DNA of 64,000 nucleotides from the NCBI GenBank assembly GCA_009914755.4, contig CP068257.2, positions 24,672,001 through 24,736,000 of the forward strand, written 5' to 3'. The stretch comes from the human T2T-CHM13v2.0 reference genome, Homo sapiens. This document shows, one piece after another, positions 1-15,887 of this stretch. The first letter of the stretch is position 1, and each line of letters opens with the position of its first letter. Made by a program: the position numbers and the translations under genes. The notes beneath the pieces are model-generated. The model worked only from the letters and a program-made list of their open reading frames with translations, did no database searches and was not told where the DNA came from.

Positions 1-902
1 GAACTTTCAGCAAACATACCCTTCTTCACATGATTTTCCAGTGTACTTCTGGTTCATAGACTTAATCACACAATATGAATTATTCAAATCAGCAAGAATT
101 ATGAAGGAGGAAGCAATCTCAATATTTTCCTCTTGTTCTCAGAATAGTGCACACTTTCCCACCTCTGTTTTGAAGAGAAGATGGAAGATGTGGATATTAA
201 ATCCAACATTGCACACAAATACTATGGCAAGGCAGTTAGTCAATAAGGATTGAAAAAAATACATAGGAGTGTAAATTTTATCATTTCCTTTGACCATTAT
301 TTAAATTATTCAAAAATTAGCTGACAGTATTTTTATTAGATGTAAATTTTTTCTTTTAAGAGTTGGAAAATTTCAGACCACAGGAGAAGCACATACAGGC
401 AGATTGAAATAATTAACACATAGTTTAGACAACCTTTGCATGCTTGCATAGCCCAGAATATGTTAGAATGATGCTTTCCGTTGAGAATAGTGGATAAGAG
501 ATGATTGCCATCTGGGAGGAGATGAAGACGGGGAGATGGAGAGACAGATAGATGAACAATTAATTTGACAACTATAGATATGTCAGGTTGTATGGGAAGG
601 CAGAGCAATTAATTTAATCCCGACTGAATAGCTGGGAAGGAAAAAGAGGAAACATTGTGGAGAAAAGCACAAAAGTCTGAATGCTTGTGCCAATGACCTA
701 GAAGTAGAGAAGAATCCAGTGTGCCTAGAAAATAGAGTGTCGGATAGAACAGTAGGAGGGGCCTAGGCGATGCGCTGTGAAGACGACCCTGGAGGCCACG
801 CTGGTGAGTTTTCGCTTTTTTGAAAAGGATGAGATGTAGAAAGCGGGGTGGATGAGAGACTTTATCACTAATGGTCTGTCTCTCATTGGTGAATAGATAT
901 GA

Positions 903-1409
<507 letters not shown>

Positions 1410-2830
1410 TGATTCTGTGACATTTGCCCATACGCACACATACAAATAAAACAAAAGAAAATTGGGCGTAAGAAAATATTTTTTCCATACTAGGTTTTGA
1501 GAAAAAATTGAAACAGATTATTCAACCACTATATACAAAATTGAAGCAGCAAGATAATTTCATGCAAAAAATTTCTCCTTATCAAGACATTTTATGCTTT
1601 TAAGGGAAATAAATATGTGTTCTAAAGCCATAACTTTGTCCTACAGAGAATTTGAAGAAATCCAGTTTTTCCATGATGATGTTATCCAGAATTTAATTAC
1701 ATAATTAAAGAAGATTTGCTATGATTAGGAAATATCAAGGCATTTAGAACAAGATAAATTGTAGTTTCAAAAAAGAAATTCACACCCTTCTATAGATGCT
1801 CCAAGGCTTTTATGCACACGCAGAGGTTTAGAACAAATTCATTCAAGCACTTAAATGGTAAATAATCCTAACGTGAATATCAGTTCATTCCTAAAACATC
1901 ACTGTTTTTATGGAAGTTTGAAATAAGATTAAACCAATTTTTATTTAAGACCTATAAACGGTTTTGATTAAACAACTAAATTCTCTTTCAAAATAAAGCT
2001 AATGGCCACAAAGAATGATATGTATGTAAAGGAAAATCTTCAGCATTCTTTTGCAGCTGTGTACTGCTTGGCTGGTGGAGGGCTCTAATATGAACTTGGA
2101 CCTCTGCCGATGGGCTTGCTGCGATGCATGATGTACAGACACCTGCACTGATAGCCATGAGATTCATGCTGTTGTATCAATGTCATACCTCACAGGCCTA
2201 ACAAGTAAGTACAAACCTAGGAAGTAAGAAAAACATTCACACTGAAAAAAGACTAGCTGGGGATCTGATATTTCTTAGTTTGTAACCTGGACAGAAGTCT
2301 CCCATACAGAACTCCGCTGGCAATCCAGATTTGGGCATCATCTTTTCAACAAACATTTGAGTTCCTTCTACGTTCTAGTGAGGAGGAAGTTGTAGACAGC
2401 TTGGGCAAGGCTCCTGCTGTAAGATAGTGTATAAGACAGACATTGATGAAATAGTAAAGAGGCAAATAAGATCATTACAGATTGTGATCATTGCTATGAA
2501 GAAAATCAGCAAGTTGATACCTAAGAGAGTAACCAGGGCAGGGCCTTATAGAGAAAGTAATAGGAAGAGTAAATGAAACGATACAGTTGAGGTTAAGATT
2601 TAAGGACGTGAATGTGCTCGACATCCAAAAAGCCATGAAAAAAGAATTCCAGAGGAAGGGCAAAACTCTTGAAGAGAAAAGGAGCTTTCATTTGTTCAGC
2701 AAATGCTGTTATGCAAAACCTAAGTGTAATGACAAGGAGCGAAGAAATTCATGATCTGATAGCTTTTGTTCAGTATCTATCTTGGCCATATCTTGAGACT
2801 ATGGAGTGGCATTGATGGCACCTATATTTC

Positions 2831-3568
<738 letters not shown>

Positions 3569-4059
3569 GGCACCTATATTTCAACTTCACTTTTGTAGCT
3601 CATGTGTCCTTTGAGGCAGCTTGATTTTTAAGAATCAGGTGATATTAGCTAGAACCTCTTCCCACTGGGGGTAAAAGATTGGGAGGGGGAGCAGCACAGG
3701 CAGGAAACACAGATAAAAGTGTGGCTTGCATTTTTTCTAATCTTTTCTGGCTTGGAGTCTTTAATTTTGCCAACAAAATGCAGGAAATGACATATTTAGC
3801 CATTTTGAGAATTCTTATCTTTTTCCTCACCTAGTTGCTCCCAGTGAGAACTATCAAGGACACAAGGCATTTGTGTAAGTTGTCAATATTACCGAAGACA
3901 TAGGGTAATAGAAAGGGAGGTTACTGCTCAGCTTTATAGCAGATGAACTGTTGAGCTGAATATTTCACATTCTGCTTCTGTGGAGTCCCTTGAGCATTTC
4001 CGTCAACTCAGATTCTAGGTTTCTTTCCCATCTCTTTTCTTCTTCCTTTTAAAAAATTA

Positions 4060-4330
4060 AAGAAGTTTTAGTTGATGAATAATAATTGTATATATTTATG
4101 GGGTACAATGTGATGCTTTCAGATATATATACACACATCGTTGAATAATTAAATCAAGCTGATTAACATATCCATCACCACCTACTTAGTATTTTGTGTG
4201 TTTGGTGAAAACATTTAAAAGCTACTCAACAATTTTGAAATATACAGTATATTATTATTAACAATGGCCACCATGCTGTGCAATAGTTTCAGTTAGACAG
4301 GAGGTATAAGTTTTAGTGATCTTCCCCTTT
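4060..4330 (-). mobile_element. older primate L1 3'-end fragment
   Basis: Motifs of older L1 3' ends in reverse orientation: tatttatggggtacaatgtgatg...atccatcaccacctacttagtattt...ttttgaaatatacagtatattattattaac. Confidence 0.55.
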
Positions 4331-5341
4331 AACTGCTCCCAGCAACTCCAACAAAATCCTGCTTAGCAGCCTTCAGAGTTGCCAACATTTACTCCTTCTT
4401 TGAGGGCTCAGCATTGCCAGTTGGAATGATGGTAGCTGTTGGCTTGGTGTGACTTGAAAGCCTAGCCTGCCCCAGAGTGTTTCCATCAGTGGTCAGACAA
4501 CAGCATCTGCAATTCTTACTATTACAGCCCTTCTTCTGTCTTACTCATGACCTCCAGAAGAGCCCTGAGTCTGCTGCCCAGAAGAAGAAAACCTCATAAC
4601 CAGTTTTCATGCCCCATCAGCCATTACAATTTTTTTTTTAAGGGAAAAGTAATTCTTCAGGTTGGTTGGAGAGTAGAGACAAAGAAGGGGGGGAATGGAA
4701 AAATAGCCCAAGCTTCTACCAGGAAAGCAGCATGATCCATGATGGGTCAACCCTGAGGGCTAGGGTAAGAGTGGGAGTATGTTTAGATATAGGACAAGGT
4801 GGCTTTGTAGGTATAGAATGGAAGCAGGAACTCCAAAGGATAGGTTTGTGCATGCGTGCGGTACATACCGTGCAGAGGAGAAAAGATACTGGCTTCAAGC
4901 TTTGTGTATGGCTCCCTCTGATCCTATAACCCAGACTGACTCAGTGACCTTGCCTGACCTTAGAGAAATTTTGCAGACGGACTACCTCATGAGCTCACCA
5001 AAGCAAAGTAGCTTGGATAGTTCTATATTTTAGCTAGAGGCAAGAATCTGTACTAAATATAAAGGTTTGCTGCCTTGTTTTTTATTTGCCCTTAAGAATT
5101 TTTATATTCAATATAATCTATATTTTTCCCCCAGAAGGACTCAGTAGATTACCTCCTTATTACTGATTTATTTAAAATTCCAGTTTTAGCAGAGAGAGGT
5201 TTCTCTTTAGTCTTTCCACAGACAGGTAAAATGCCAAATTAAACATGTAAGGAGTCCAAGTAAAAGGAATACTGATTAATCGGTATCTTATTTATCTTTG
5301 GAACATTTAGCAATCCTCTTTCTTTAAATAGGGAACTTATG

Positions 5342-5768
<427 letters not shown>

Positions 5769-6367
5769 TTAGTTTACAAATTTTGGAAAAGCTGGTATTG
5801 ATTTCTTATATATATTTATTCAAATCATTTCTGAATTTATGTTTAAAATGTTAAAGCATACTGAATTGTATAAAAACAAAATAAAAAGTGCCTTGAATCC
5901 TTCTATCACTACCCAGAATGATCCACTATTAATATATTGGTCTACTTTCTTCTTGTCTTTTTTCTATTCAGGTATATTAGTGCGTATATAAATATACACA
6001 CTAACATACTTAAAAGGTGTATCTATTTATACCTAAAACAAATTTGTAATATTCTGAATAAGTAGTTTTAAATGATGCTTTGTCACCTAACAATTGTCAT
6101 TGGGTATTTCTCATAAACATGAATTTAAAGCATCCAGAGAATAAGAACGTATGGAGGCCCCATATTTTATTTTACCACCCCATGCTGTTGGGCATTCTAG
6201 TTGTTTCCCATTGTTTGTTATTTACTATAATATTATAATGAATATTTTTGAATATAAAATTTCTATTTCCCTTTGAAATAATTAATGGGTCAAAGGGCAT
6301 GAATGGCTATTTAAAAAATACATTTGATGCATATTTTAAATGTACCTCTGGAAGGAGTCTATCAGTT

Positions 6368-6412
6368 TCTCTCTTCACAGTGTTTCTCTCTTCATAGTTT
6401 CTCTCTTCATAG
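6368..6412. repeat. short tandem repeat, about 3 copies of a ~15-bp unit (gtttctctcttcata)
   Basis: The text tttctctcttcacagtgtttctctcttcatagtttctctcttcatag is read directly from the sequence. Confidence 0.6.
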
Positions 6413-7379
6413 CATCATTTCATTGTATTCTCATGGATACCGGGTAATATGATGCTATGAACAACTTGGCCAGTTTTCTGGGCAAAGCTGTCATGGTTTT
6501 TAAAATTGTTTTTATCTTTTTATCTTCGATTGCTACATTATTACCTCCATAAGAAATATTCTTTTTCCTTCCCCTTTTTAAGTCTTAAAAAATAATCACA
6601 ATACTTGCCTCATAAAAAAATTGGGAAACACAAATGTGCATAAAATGCTAAGTACCTATTAGGAATTATTGTTTTTAAGCCATTATGGTGACAATGAAAA
6701 ATCTTCAGAAATGATAATCAGTTGCAAAGAACATACCCTATGCTTTGATATCCTAATCTTAGACAGATGCTCCTGGTGCCCACGTTGCCTTTATTCAGCT
6801 CTCTTCTGATTTTAACCACAGTGTGGTAGACAGTTCGTGAAAGCTCATATTCTTCTCTTCCTGCCAGGATGTTGCTGGAAGCTCTTGCAGCTGTCTCTTA
6901 CATTCTTCCCCAGGGTCTTTTTCAACAGAGATCTCGCAGCTGGCTTGAATTTTGCTGTCTAAAGGTGCAGGGATGGGGAGGGATTAATGCCTAGAGGACA
7001 TCCTTCAACCAATGGGAGATGGGAGGTAGTGAAAAAATATTCCAATTTCCTATATTTCTGGTAGACAATTCTGGGAGGCATTCCATGTATGCTTCTCAGA
7101 GCTTCTGGCAGAGTCCCACTCTTGTTGCTTACAGCAGAAACCTCAGTAAAGCACCATATAATGTCTTTTCTCTCTTTGTGTCTGACTCTCCTCCCTTATT
7201 TCTGTTTCCTAGGAGCAGTTTGGAAATAAACTAACTGCAACCAAGTCTTTGTTCTAGGCTCTTCTCCGAGGGAAACCCTAACTACGATATCGTCCCTTTC
7301 CCTTTTTCTCCAACAATGCAGAGTTCTTTCCCCTTCCCTTGGAGAACACTCAGTTAATTAACTCAGCCATTGCATATTG

Positions 7380-7870
7380 AGGGTCAATCCTATGCCAGGC
7401 ACTGCTTTGTGGAGGATGCGAAGACAGACTCAGATTCTGGCCATCTTGGAGCTATATTCTAGTGGAGCAGGCAGAAAATGAGCACAATAAGTAAGCAAGA
7501 TGTTAGACTTCAGAAGTGCTAAGGGGAAGAAAGGAAGAAAGGTAGGAAATGTCTGGGGAAAGAGGTGCATTGCAATTTTAGATAGGATGGCCAGGAGAGG
7601 CTTTATTGAGAAGGTCTCTTTTGCGTAAATATCTGAAGAAGGTGAGCCACATCAAGATATGTCGGAAAAATATTCCATCTGAGGAAATGGCAAATGCCTG
7701 AGCCCTAAGGTAGGAGTACTTCTGGAACACTTAGGAATATTGAGAAGACCAGTGTGGATGAAGGGAGGTGAAGGAGAATGAGGTGCTATTGCCAGAGAGG
7801 AAGCAAGGTGATAGACAGATCACATAGGAACCTTAAGGTCTTTGGTATTTACCTTAAGTTTTAAAATTTA
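7380..7870. repeat. copy of an ancient mammalian interspersed repeat, family not assigned
   Basis: Diverged similarity to a very common old repeat (ccaggcactg...ggagct.a.attctagtgg...agaaggtgag...ccagtgtgg). Identity is low. This call rests on pattern memory only. Confidence 0.3.
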
Positions 7871-7878
7871 TTTATTTA

Positions 7879-8480
<602 letters not shown>

Positions 8481-9102
8481 TGATGGAGAATTACTGAAGA
8501 ATATTGAACAGAATAATCTCAAGGTCAAAAGGATTATTCTGGCTGCTATAATAGTCTTCAGGAGAACAAGGGTGGAAGGAGAAGCCAGTTATGAATTATC
8601 GCAATAATCCAGGAGAGAGATTATGGTGATTTGAACCTGAGTCTTAGCAGTGGAGGTGGTGAGAAGCATTGAGTTCTATATATTCTGAAGCTGGAGTTGA
8701 CAGAATTTGCTGATGGATGGGGTGGAGAGAGTGAGAGAGGTAAGGAGGCATAGACAATTCCAATGTGTTTGGGCTGAGAGACTAAAATAATTATGTTTGC
8801 CATTTACTAAGTTGAGGAAGCAAGCAAGAAGAGAAGATTGGAGGGGTGTATGGGAGCTCAATTTTCCACATATTAAACATATTCCCTATTTATTACTTTC
8901 CAGGAGGAATGTCAAGGAAAATAGGTGATTGCATATATGAATCTGGATTTAAGAAACAAGGTCAGGGCTAGATATGTAAATTAGAGAGTCACTAGTATGT
9001 AGATGATATTTTGAAACCTTGGAACTGGATGAGATTTGCAAGGGAGTATGTATAATAGAGAAAAGAAGAAACTCAAGGTTGATATATTAATTTTCTAGAG
9101 CT

Positions 9103-9477
9103 GTCATAACAAAATACCACAGACTGGATGGCTGAAACAACAGAAATTAATTTTCTTGCAGTTCTGATGGCTGAAAGTCCAAGTCAAGGTGCCAGCAGGG
9201 GTGATTTATTTGGAGGCCTCTCTCCTTGGCTTGCAGATGGCTGCTTTCTCAGTGTGTTTTCACATGCTCTTTCCTCTGTGTGTGCATATCCCTGGTGTCT
9301 TCATCATCCTATAAGGACACCAGTCATATTGGATTAGGGCCTCTCCCTTATTCCCTCATTTAACCTTCATATTACCCCTTTAGAGGCTCTATTCCCAATA
9401 CGGTCATATTCTAACATACTGGGGGATAGGGTGTCAACATACACATTTTTAGGGGGAACACAATTCAGTCTATAACA
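9103..9477 (-). mobile_element. ERVL-MaLR solo LTR, MLT1-like, minus orientation
   Basis: The reverse complement matches the characteristic MLT1 3' end (caccttgatcttggacttccagcctccagaactgtgagaaa-ataaattt-ctgttgtttaagccacccagtctgtggtattttgttatgaca). The element has TG..CA termini. Four or five paralogous copies occur in this window. Confidence 0.7.
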
Positions 9478-10406
9478 CGTGGATATCTTGGACATTCTGA
9501 AATTAGAATGGAGGGGAGATAAGAAAAAATAATCAAATAAGACTGAGATGGAGAGGACAGAGAGGTTTAGAGAAAAAATTGGAGATATATGAAATAAAGA
9601 AAGTACTTTGAAAAAGAAAAAGGAAACAATTGTGTCAGAGGTTGCTGCTATGTCAAGTAAGATAAAGACTAAGGATTGAATATTGAATTTAGAAATGTGG
9701 AGGTCACAGTTACCTTGATAAGATTAGTGAGTGGTAGAGTGCTGGGGGTGAGCGTCTAACTGGAGTGGATTCAGGATTAAATAAAGAAAGAAAAGCCAGA
9801 AGCAAGAAATAAAGACAGCTCTTTCAAGGAGTTTTTAAAAACCAATTGCCTAAGAACTTCATGTTGTAGTCTTTAATTTCAGCCTTATTAATGGAGAGGG
9901 GCAAGATTGGTGAATTCATTGACATGCAGGAACATGGAGTAAGCTTCACAAAATTAGGTAAAACTTGGACTTCCCACTCTAAGATGGTGTGGCGGGTAGA
10001 ATAGCGGTCTTCTGAAAATGTCCATGCCCTAATCTCCAGAACCTTGGATAATCTTTGCTAAGCCTTATACTCTTAACAGAGAAATACAGAGACTTAAGAT
10101 GGTTAAAATGAACTCTCTCTACGGGAAACATCCAACAGAGACATGTTACTGCCCTGAGCTCTCTAGAGGGACTCTTTCTCCTTAACTTTGCTTAAGCCTG
10201 CCAAGTTAGCTTTCTTTTTGATTCTGTGAACTAAACAGAATCTTTCCAACAAAGTCTTTTGTTTACCTAAGTCGGCCAGAGTTGCTTATAAGGAAAGAGA
10301 CCTAAGTGACACACTGTTCCTTCCATTTGGAATGCCTCACACAACCCAATTTCATTTCAGTTTCACTTGCTGTGTCCCATCTATTTTACTTTCTGGACTT
10401 GATAGT

Positions 10407-10930
10407 GTGATGGTTAATATTAGGTTGTCCACTTGACTGGATTGAGAGATGCCTAGATGGCTGGTAAAGTATTGTTTCTGGGTGTGTCTGTGAGGGTGTT
10501 GCCAGAGAGATTGACATCTGAGTTGGCGAACTGGGAGAGGAAGATCCACCCTTAATGTGAGTGGGCACCGTCCAATTGGCTGTCAGTGCAGCTAGAACAA
10601 AGCAGGTGGAAGAAGGGGGAACAAGCTCCCTTGCTGAGTCTTCTATTTTTCTTCCCATACCAGACACTTGCTCCCACACCTGCCCTTAAACATCAGACTC
10701 CTGGTTTTTCAGCTTTTGGCTGGGACTGAAGGCTGCACTGTCAGCTTCCCTGGTTTTGAGGCCTTCAGACTTGGACTGAGCCACTACTAGCTTTTTTCTT
10801 TCCCCAGCTCATGGACAGCCTATCATGGGACTTTGCCATGTCGTCATATAAGCCAATTCTTCCTAGTAAACTCCCTTTTATATATACAAATATTCTATTG
10901 GTTCTGTCGTTCTGGAGAACTCCAATACAG
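10407..10930 (+). mobile_element. MaLR-like solo LTR (TGTGATGGTTAAT...AATACAG type)
   Basis: TG..CA termini. A paralogous copy lies at 56768-57155. The 3' region parallels the MLT1 3' end (cagc.tcc...tgtgag...ataaat...ttctggagaa...aataca). Family name is tentative. Confidence 0.5.
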
Positions 10931-11012
10931 ATGGGGTTGTCTACTTTACCTTTTTCCTGGAGTCTTTTCTTTACTGATTGACTGGATGGCAAGTAAAAAA
11001 TAGCTCTAATTT

Positions 11013-11300
11013 GTGCAGGTGCAGTGGCTCAGGCCAGTAATCCCAGCATTTTGGGAGGTCAAAGCAGGATGATTGCTGGCATCCAGAAGTGTGAGACCAA
11101 CCTGGGCAACAGAGCAAGACCCTGACACTACAAAAAAAAAAAAAAATTAGTCAGGCATGGTGGCATTTGCCTGCAGTCTCAGCTACTTGGGAGGCTGAGG
11201 TAGCAGGATCTCTTGAGCCCAGAAGTTGAGGCTGCAATGAGCTGTGATTGCTCCACTGCACTCAGCCTGGGTGACAGAGTGAGACCCTGTCTCAAAAAAA
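11013..11300 (+). mobile_element. Alu SINE (older, AluJ-like), plus orientation
   Basis: Diverged Alu consensus (ggtgcagtggctcaggccagtaatcccagcattttgggaggtcaaagcagg...). Approximate TSD AAAATAGCTCTAAT (10997-11010) and AAAATCGCTCAAAT (11303-11316). Confidence 0.9.
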
Positions 11301-12616
11301 GAAAATCGCTCAAATGTACTACAGTGAACTTCCACTGTTAGAACTACAGTTGGATTTTTCTCTCCTAATACCTATTCCAGCCCCGTGTGGTAGGGAACCA
11401 GGAAACCAAATTCATATATCCTGCTCTCTGCTGATACAGATAGCTATCAAAAGGCCGTAAGTTGAACAAAATGCCTTAGCAAAATGAGAGCAGTGTTAAA
11501 TTGTTCTGTTTTAGAGTGGTGTGTATATCAGAAGTTGATTATCACAATAATTCTCCTTAATAAACAACAAACCTCAGTGGTTGATAACAATAAGCATCTA
11601 TTTAGCTTATGAGTCGACGGGATTCAGCTGATCAGGCCTGGGTTTGACTCTTCTCATGTGTTTACTGTCAGCTGTAGGTTCAGTAGGTGACTCTGCTGTC
11701 CTTGGGTGGGCCCTCTCACAAATCTAGGTGGCATCTAAGGTGGCCTTGGCGGAGATGACTGGGGCAACTCAGTTCTGATCCTTGAATCTCTCATCTTTCT
11801 CCTGGGACGAGAGGGGCAGCTTGGTCAAGTTCTTATGGCAGTAGCAGAGGGTAAGAGCAAGCAAGCTCCACCATGCAAATGTCTCAGGTCTCTGCTTGTG
11901 CCACACTTGTCAGTTGTCTCCTTGGGGCAACTCAGGTCATTCTAGCTCCAGAGCTCCCAACCAGTTGGCCAAGACTCACTGGACCTGCAACAGAGCTCAC
12001 CTATTCCCTCTGCCCAATTTTGCTTCTCCGAAAGCAAGTCCTATGGCTGAGTGCGGAATGAGAGAGCACCATTGAGCTATACGCACGTGGTATAGAGACA
12101 AGGAAGACTGACAAACTGGGACCATTATTACCTTTGATCTATCACAGGGTAACTTTTCTTATTTCTTTTTCTTCTGTATTTGTGTTTTATGATCTTTCTA
12201 CAACAAATACCTGTAGCTTGGTTCATAAAGAAAAGCTTCCAGGCAAGAGCAGATTGAAATAATCAAAAACTTAGGAAAAACTGCATAGTATACACACTTG
12301 GCTATCACATTGGCTAAAGTACTTAGTAATCTATTGAAATTTACCAAAGCAGCTGACTTGATGAATACTTGGGTTATTCTCAAACTTGGTTAAGTACCCC
12401 CTTTCCTTTTTCTATTCACTGTGGCTAGAGCTGATAAATGAATGCTGAAATGTATATTGCTCTTATAGACTTGAATGTACTAGCAGCATTCTTGCTGGGA
12501 TTAAGTGTTGCATGCTGTCCTGACAGAAACGAAACTCAATGACTTGTCTATTTCTGTAAGCTGAATACAGTGAGTTTGGAATGTTGTACAACTCTAAGAC
12601 TGTGCACCAAAATGCT

Positions 12617-13235
12617 CAGGACTGGTGTGTTCCCCGTTGCAAAAAGCTTACATTCAGGTGAAGGAGAAAGCAAAATAAATAAATAAATAATTAATTAGAT
12701 AGCTACAAATGGTGGTAACTTTGTGAAATAAATTAACAAGAGAGTAAGACAGAGAATGATAGGGGAAGGTACCTCTTTTAGATGGGTGATGTGGAAAGAC
12801 CTCTCTGGTGATGTAGCTCCTTTATTTTCTTATTTTTGCATAAAATTTTTAGAGTGTGAGGCATCATCATGATTTCAGAGACATGAGGCATGTAACTTGG
12901 GACAAATACATGACTGTATTTGGTTGAAGATGTTTGTCATTTTTGCATTGTGCCCTATGGCTAAAATGTTCTGATTTTGATCATGAAACAAAATTCACCA
13001 CAGTTATGGTTCAATTGTCAAGGAAGAAAGAAATACTACATCACCAGAGAGGTCTTTCCACATCACCCATCTAAAAGAGGTACCCTCCTCTATCATTCTC
13101 TATCTTACTCTCTTGTTAATTTCTTTCACAAAGTTACCACGATTTGTAGCTATTTAATTAATTAATTATTTATTTATTTTGCTTTCTCCTTCACCCGAAC
13201 GTAAGCTTCTTGCAGCGGGGAACACACTAGTCCTG
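12617..13235. repeat. unclassified inverted repeat with ~200-bp arms and a 219-bp spacer
   Basis: Arm A (12617-12816) and the reverse complement of arm B (13036-13235) align end to end with about 12 mismatches in 200 bp, roughly 94% identity. Weaker homology continues about 30 bp outward on each side. Each arm contains an (AAAT)n/(TAAT)n microsatellite. Several differences are CpG-to-TpG transitions. I do not recognise the arms as any known repeat family. Confidence 0.85.
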
Positions 13236-13635
13236 TTGATAGTGACACTCCTAGAGTCCAGCACAGTGCCTGTTTATTATATGAATGAAGATGCACCGTC
13301 ATTGAAATATTACACTTAGGAACCATATGTATTAATTACCCAATTCACCTATTTAAAAAACTCAATGGTTATAAAAGTAACAACACAGTTTTTTTCCTGC
13401 TAAAAATAGACACTTGCATGTCTGCTAGAGGCTCCGTTTAAAAATACTTTCAATCTACACTTGGTTAATTATAAATAATATTCACTCTTTAGTAGTGGTG
13501 GGGGTTGTATGATCAGAATCAGAAGTGCAGGTGATTCTAATACATTTATGAAGAAATAACTCTCTGGGATTCATGGTAATTGATGTACTGGCACGGTAAA
13601 CTTTCCAAGGAATGTTGATTCTGAAGAAAATCTGC

Positions 13636-13956
<321 letters not shown>

Positions 13957-14127
13957 TCAATAAGGTACTGTTCCGTTGTTTGTATTGATTATATGGGCAG
14001 ACTTAAGAGAATGTGTTTGTGTGCAGGCAGTGAGGTAGTGTTTGCATGTGTTTGTGTGGGTGTGGTTAAGATTATGTGAAAACAGATGAAAAGGTTACAA
14101 TAAGAAAACATTAGAAAATCCACTGAT

Positions 14128-15227
14128 TCTTTTTTCTTTTTTTTCTTTATATACTTTAAATTCTAGGGTACATGTGCACAACGTGCAGTTTTGTTACATA
14201 TGTATATATGTGCCATGTTGGTTCGCTGCACCCATTAACTTGTCATTTACATTAGGTATTTCTCCTAATGCTATCCCTCCCCCATCCCCCCACCCCATGA
14301 CAGGCCCTGGTGTGTGATGTTCCCCACCCTGTGTCCAAGTGTTCTCATTGTTTAATTTCCACCTATGAGTGAGAACATGTGGTGTTTGGTTTTCTGTCCT
14401 TGGGATAGTTTGCTGAGAATGATGGTTTCCAGCTTCATCCATGTCCCCACAAAGGACATGAACTCATCCTTTTTTATGGCTGCATAATATTCCATGGTGT
14501 ATATGTGCCACATTTTCTTAATCCAGTCTATCATTGATGGACATTTGGGTTGGTTCCAAGTCTTTGCTACTGTGAATAGTGCCACAATAATCATATGTGT
14601 GCATGTGTCTTTATAGTAGCATGATTTATAATCCTCTGGGTATACACCCAGTAATGGGATCACTGTGTCAAATGGTATTTCTAGTTCTAGATCCTTGAGG
14701 AATTGTCACACTGTCTTCCACAATGGTTGAACTAGTTTACAGTCCCACCAACAGTGTAAAAGTGTTCCTATTTCTCCACATCCTCTCTAGCACCTGCTGT
14801 TTCCTGACTTTTTAATGATCGCCATTCTAGCTGGTGTGAGATGCTATCTCATTGTGGTTTTGATTTTCATTTCTCTGATGACCAGTGATGATGAGCATTT
14901 TTTCATGTGTCTGTTGGCTGCACAAATGTCTTCTTTTGAAAAGTGTCTGTTCATATCCTTTGTCCACATTTTGAAGGGGTTGTTTGACTTTTTCTTGTAA
15001 ATTTGTTTAAGTTCTTTGTAGATTCTGGATAGTAGCCCTTTGTCAGATGGGTAGATTGCAAAAATTTTCTCCCATTCTGTAGGTCTCCTGTTCACTCTGA
15101 TGGTAGTTTCTTTTGCTGTGCAGAAGCTCTTTAGTTTAATTAGATCCGATTTATCAATTTTGGCTTTTGCTGCCATTGCTTTTGGTGTTTTAGTCATGAA
15201 GTCCTTGCCCATGCCTATGTCCTGGAC
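14128..15227 (-). mobile_element. L1PA-type LINE-1 3' portion (ORF2 C-terminus plus 3'UTR), 5'-truncated, minus orientation
   Basis: Poly-T at the left end followed by tatatactttaaattctagggtacatgtgcacaacgtgcagttttgttacatatgtatatatgtgccatg.... About 1.1 kb is colinear with the L1PA consensus. Confidence 0.95.
14844..15212 (-). pseudogene. L1 ORF2 C-terminal remnant (122-aa ORF)
   Basis: The track ORF reads [60 protein letters not shown]..., which is the L1 ORF2 C-terminal domain. It lies inside the truncated L1 above. Confidence 0.85.
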
Positions 15228-15534
15228 TCATTTTTTTTTTTTCTCAAGGAACAAAAAAGAACAGTCAAAAGCACCTTGTCATTGTTTAAAGCTAATTTGT
15301 TTTAAGCTATGGTGTCTCTTATTCAAGAGTGAGAAGTTTCAAGAAGCAATTTAGATAATATTTTTTCTTAGTCTTAATTTTGATCTAAAGTTTTCTGATC
15401 AACAGTACCCAAATAATATTCAATGCTGGGTAGTGACCCAAAGATTTCTCACAGAAAGCCTGGACAGTTAGCACCTTGGATAACCCGAGGCTGTTGTTCT
15501 GTTCCACATTTCCTCCTTGAATTTCCACATTGAG

Positions 15535-15887
15535 GAGCACAACAGAAATTTATTTTCTCACAGTTCTGGAGGCTGGAAATCTGAGATCAAAGTGTCTGTA
15601 GGTTGAGGGCCATAGAGGAAGGATCTGTCCCTGGCTTCTCTCGTTGACTTGTAAATGCCCTTTTCCCTGTGTGTCCTCATATCGTCTTTCTTCTGTATAT
15701 TTCTGTGTTCAAATTTCCCCTTCTTGTAAGAATATGAGTTGTATTGGATTAGGTCCCACCTAATGGCCTCATTTTGGCTTACATACTTCTTTAAAGACCC
15801 TGTCTCCAATATGGTTACATTCTCAGGTACTAGGGATTAAGACTTCAACATATGAATTTTGGGGGTCTCACAATTCAGCCCATAACA
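15535..15887 (-). mobile_element. MLT1-like MaLR LTR, truncated copy
   Basis: Paralogous to 9103-9477 from the motif aacagaaatttattttctcacagttctggaggctggaa onward. Ends in cataaca. Confidence 0.65.

Noticed and set aside
700-850. Local cluster of about 6 CpGs plus a GGTGAGT splice-donor-like motif at 803-809, which might be a promoter or first exon
   Set aside because: The CpG density is far below CpG-island thresholds. No upstream open frame is consistent with an exon. A single GGTGAGT heptamer is expected by chance several times in 64 kb.
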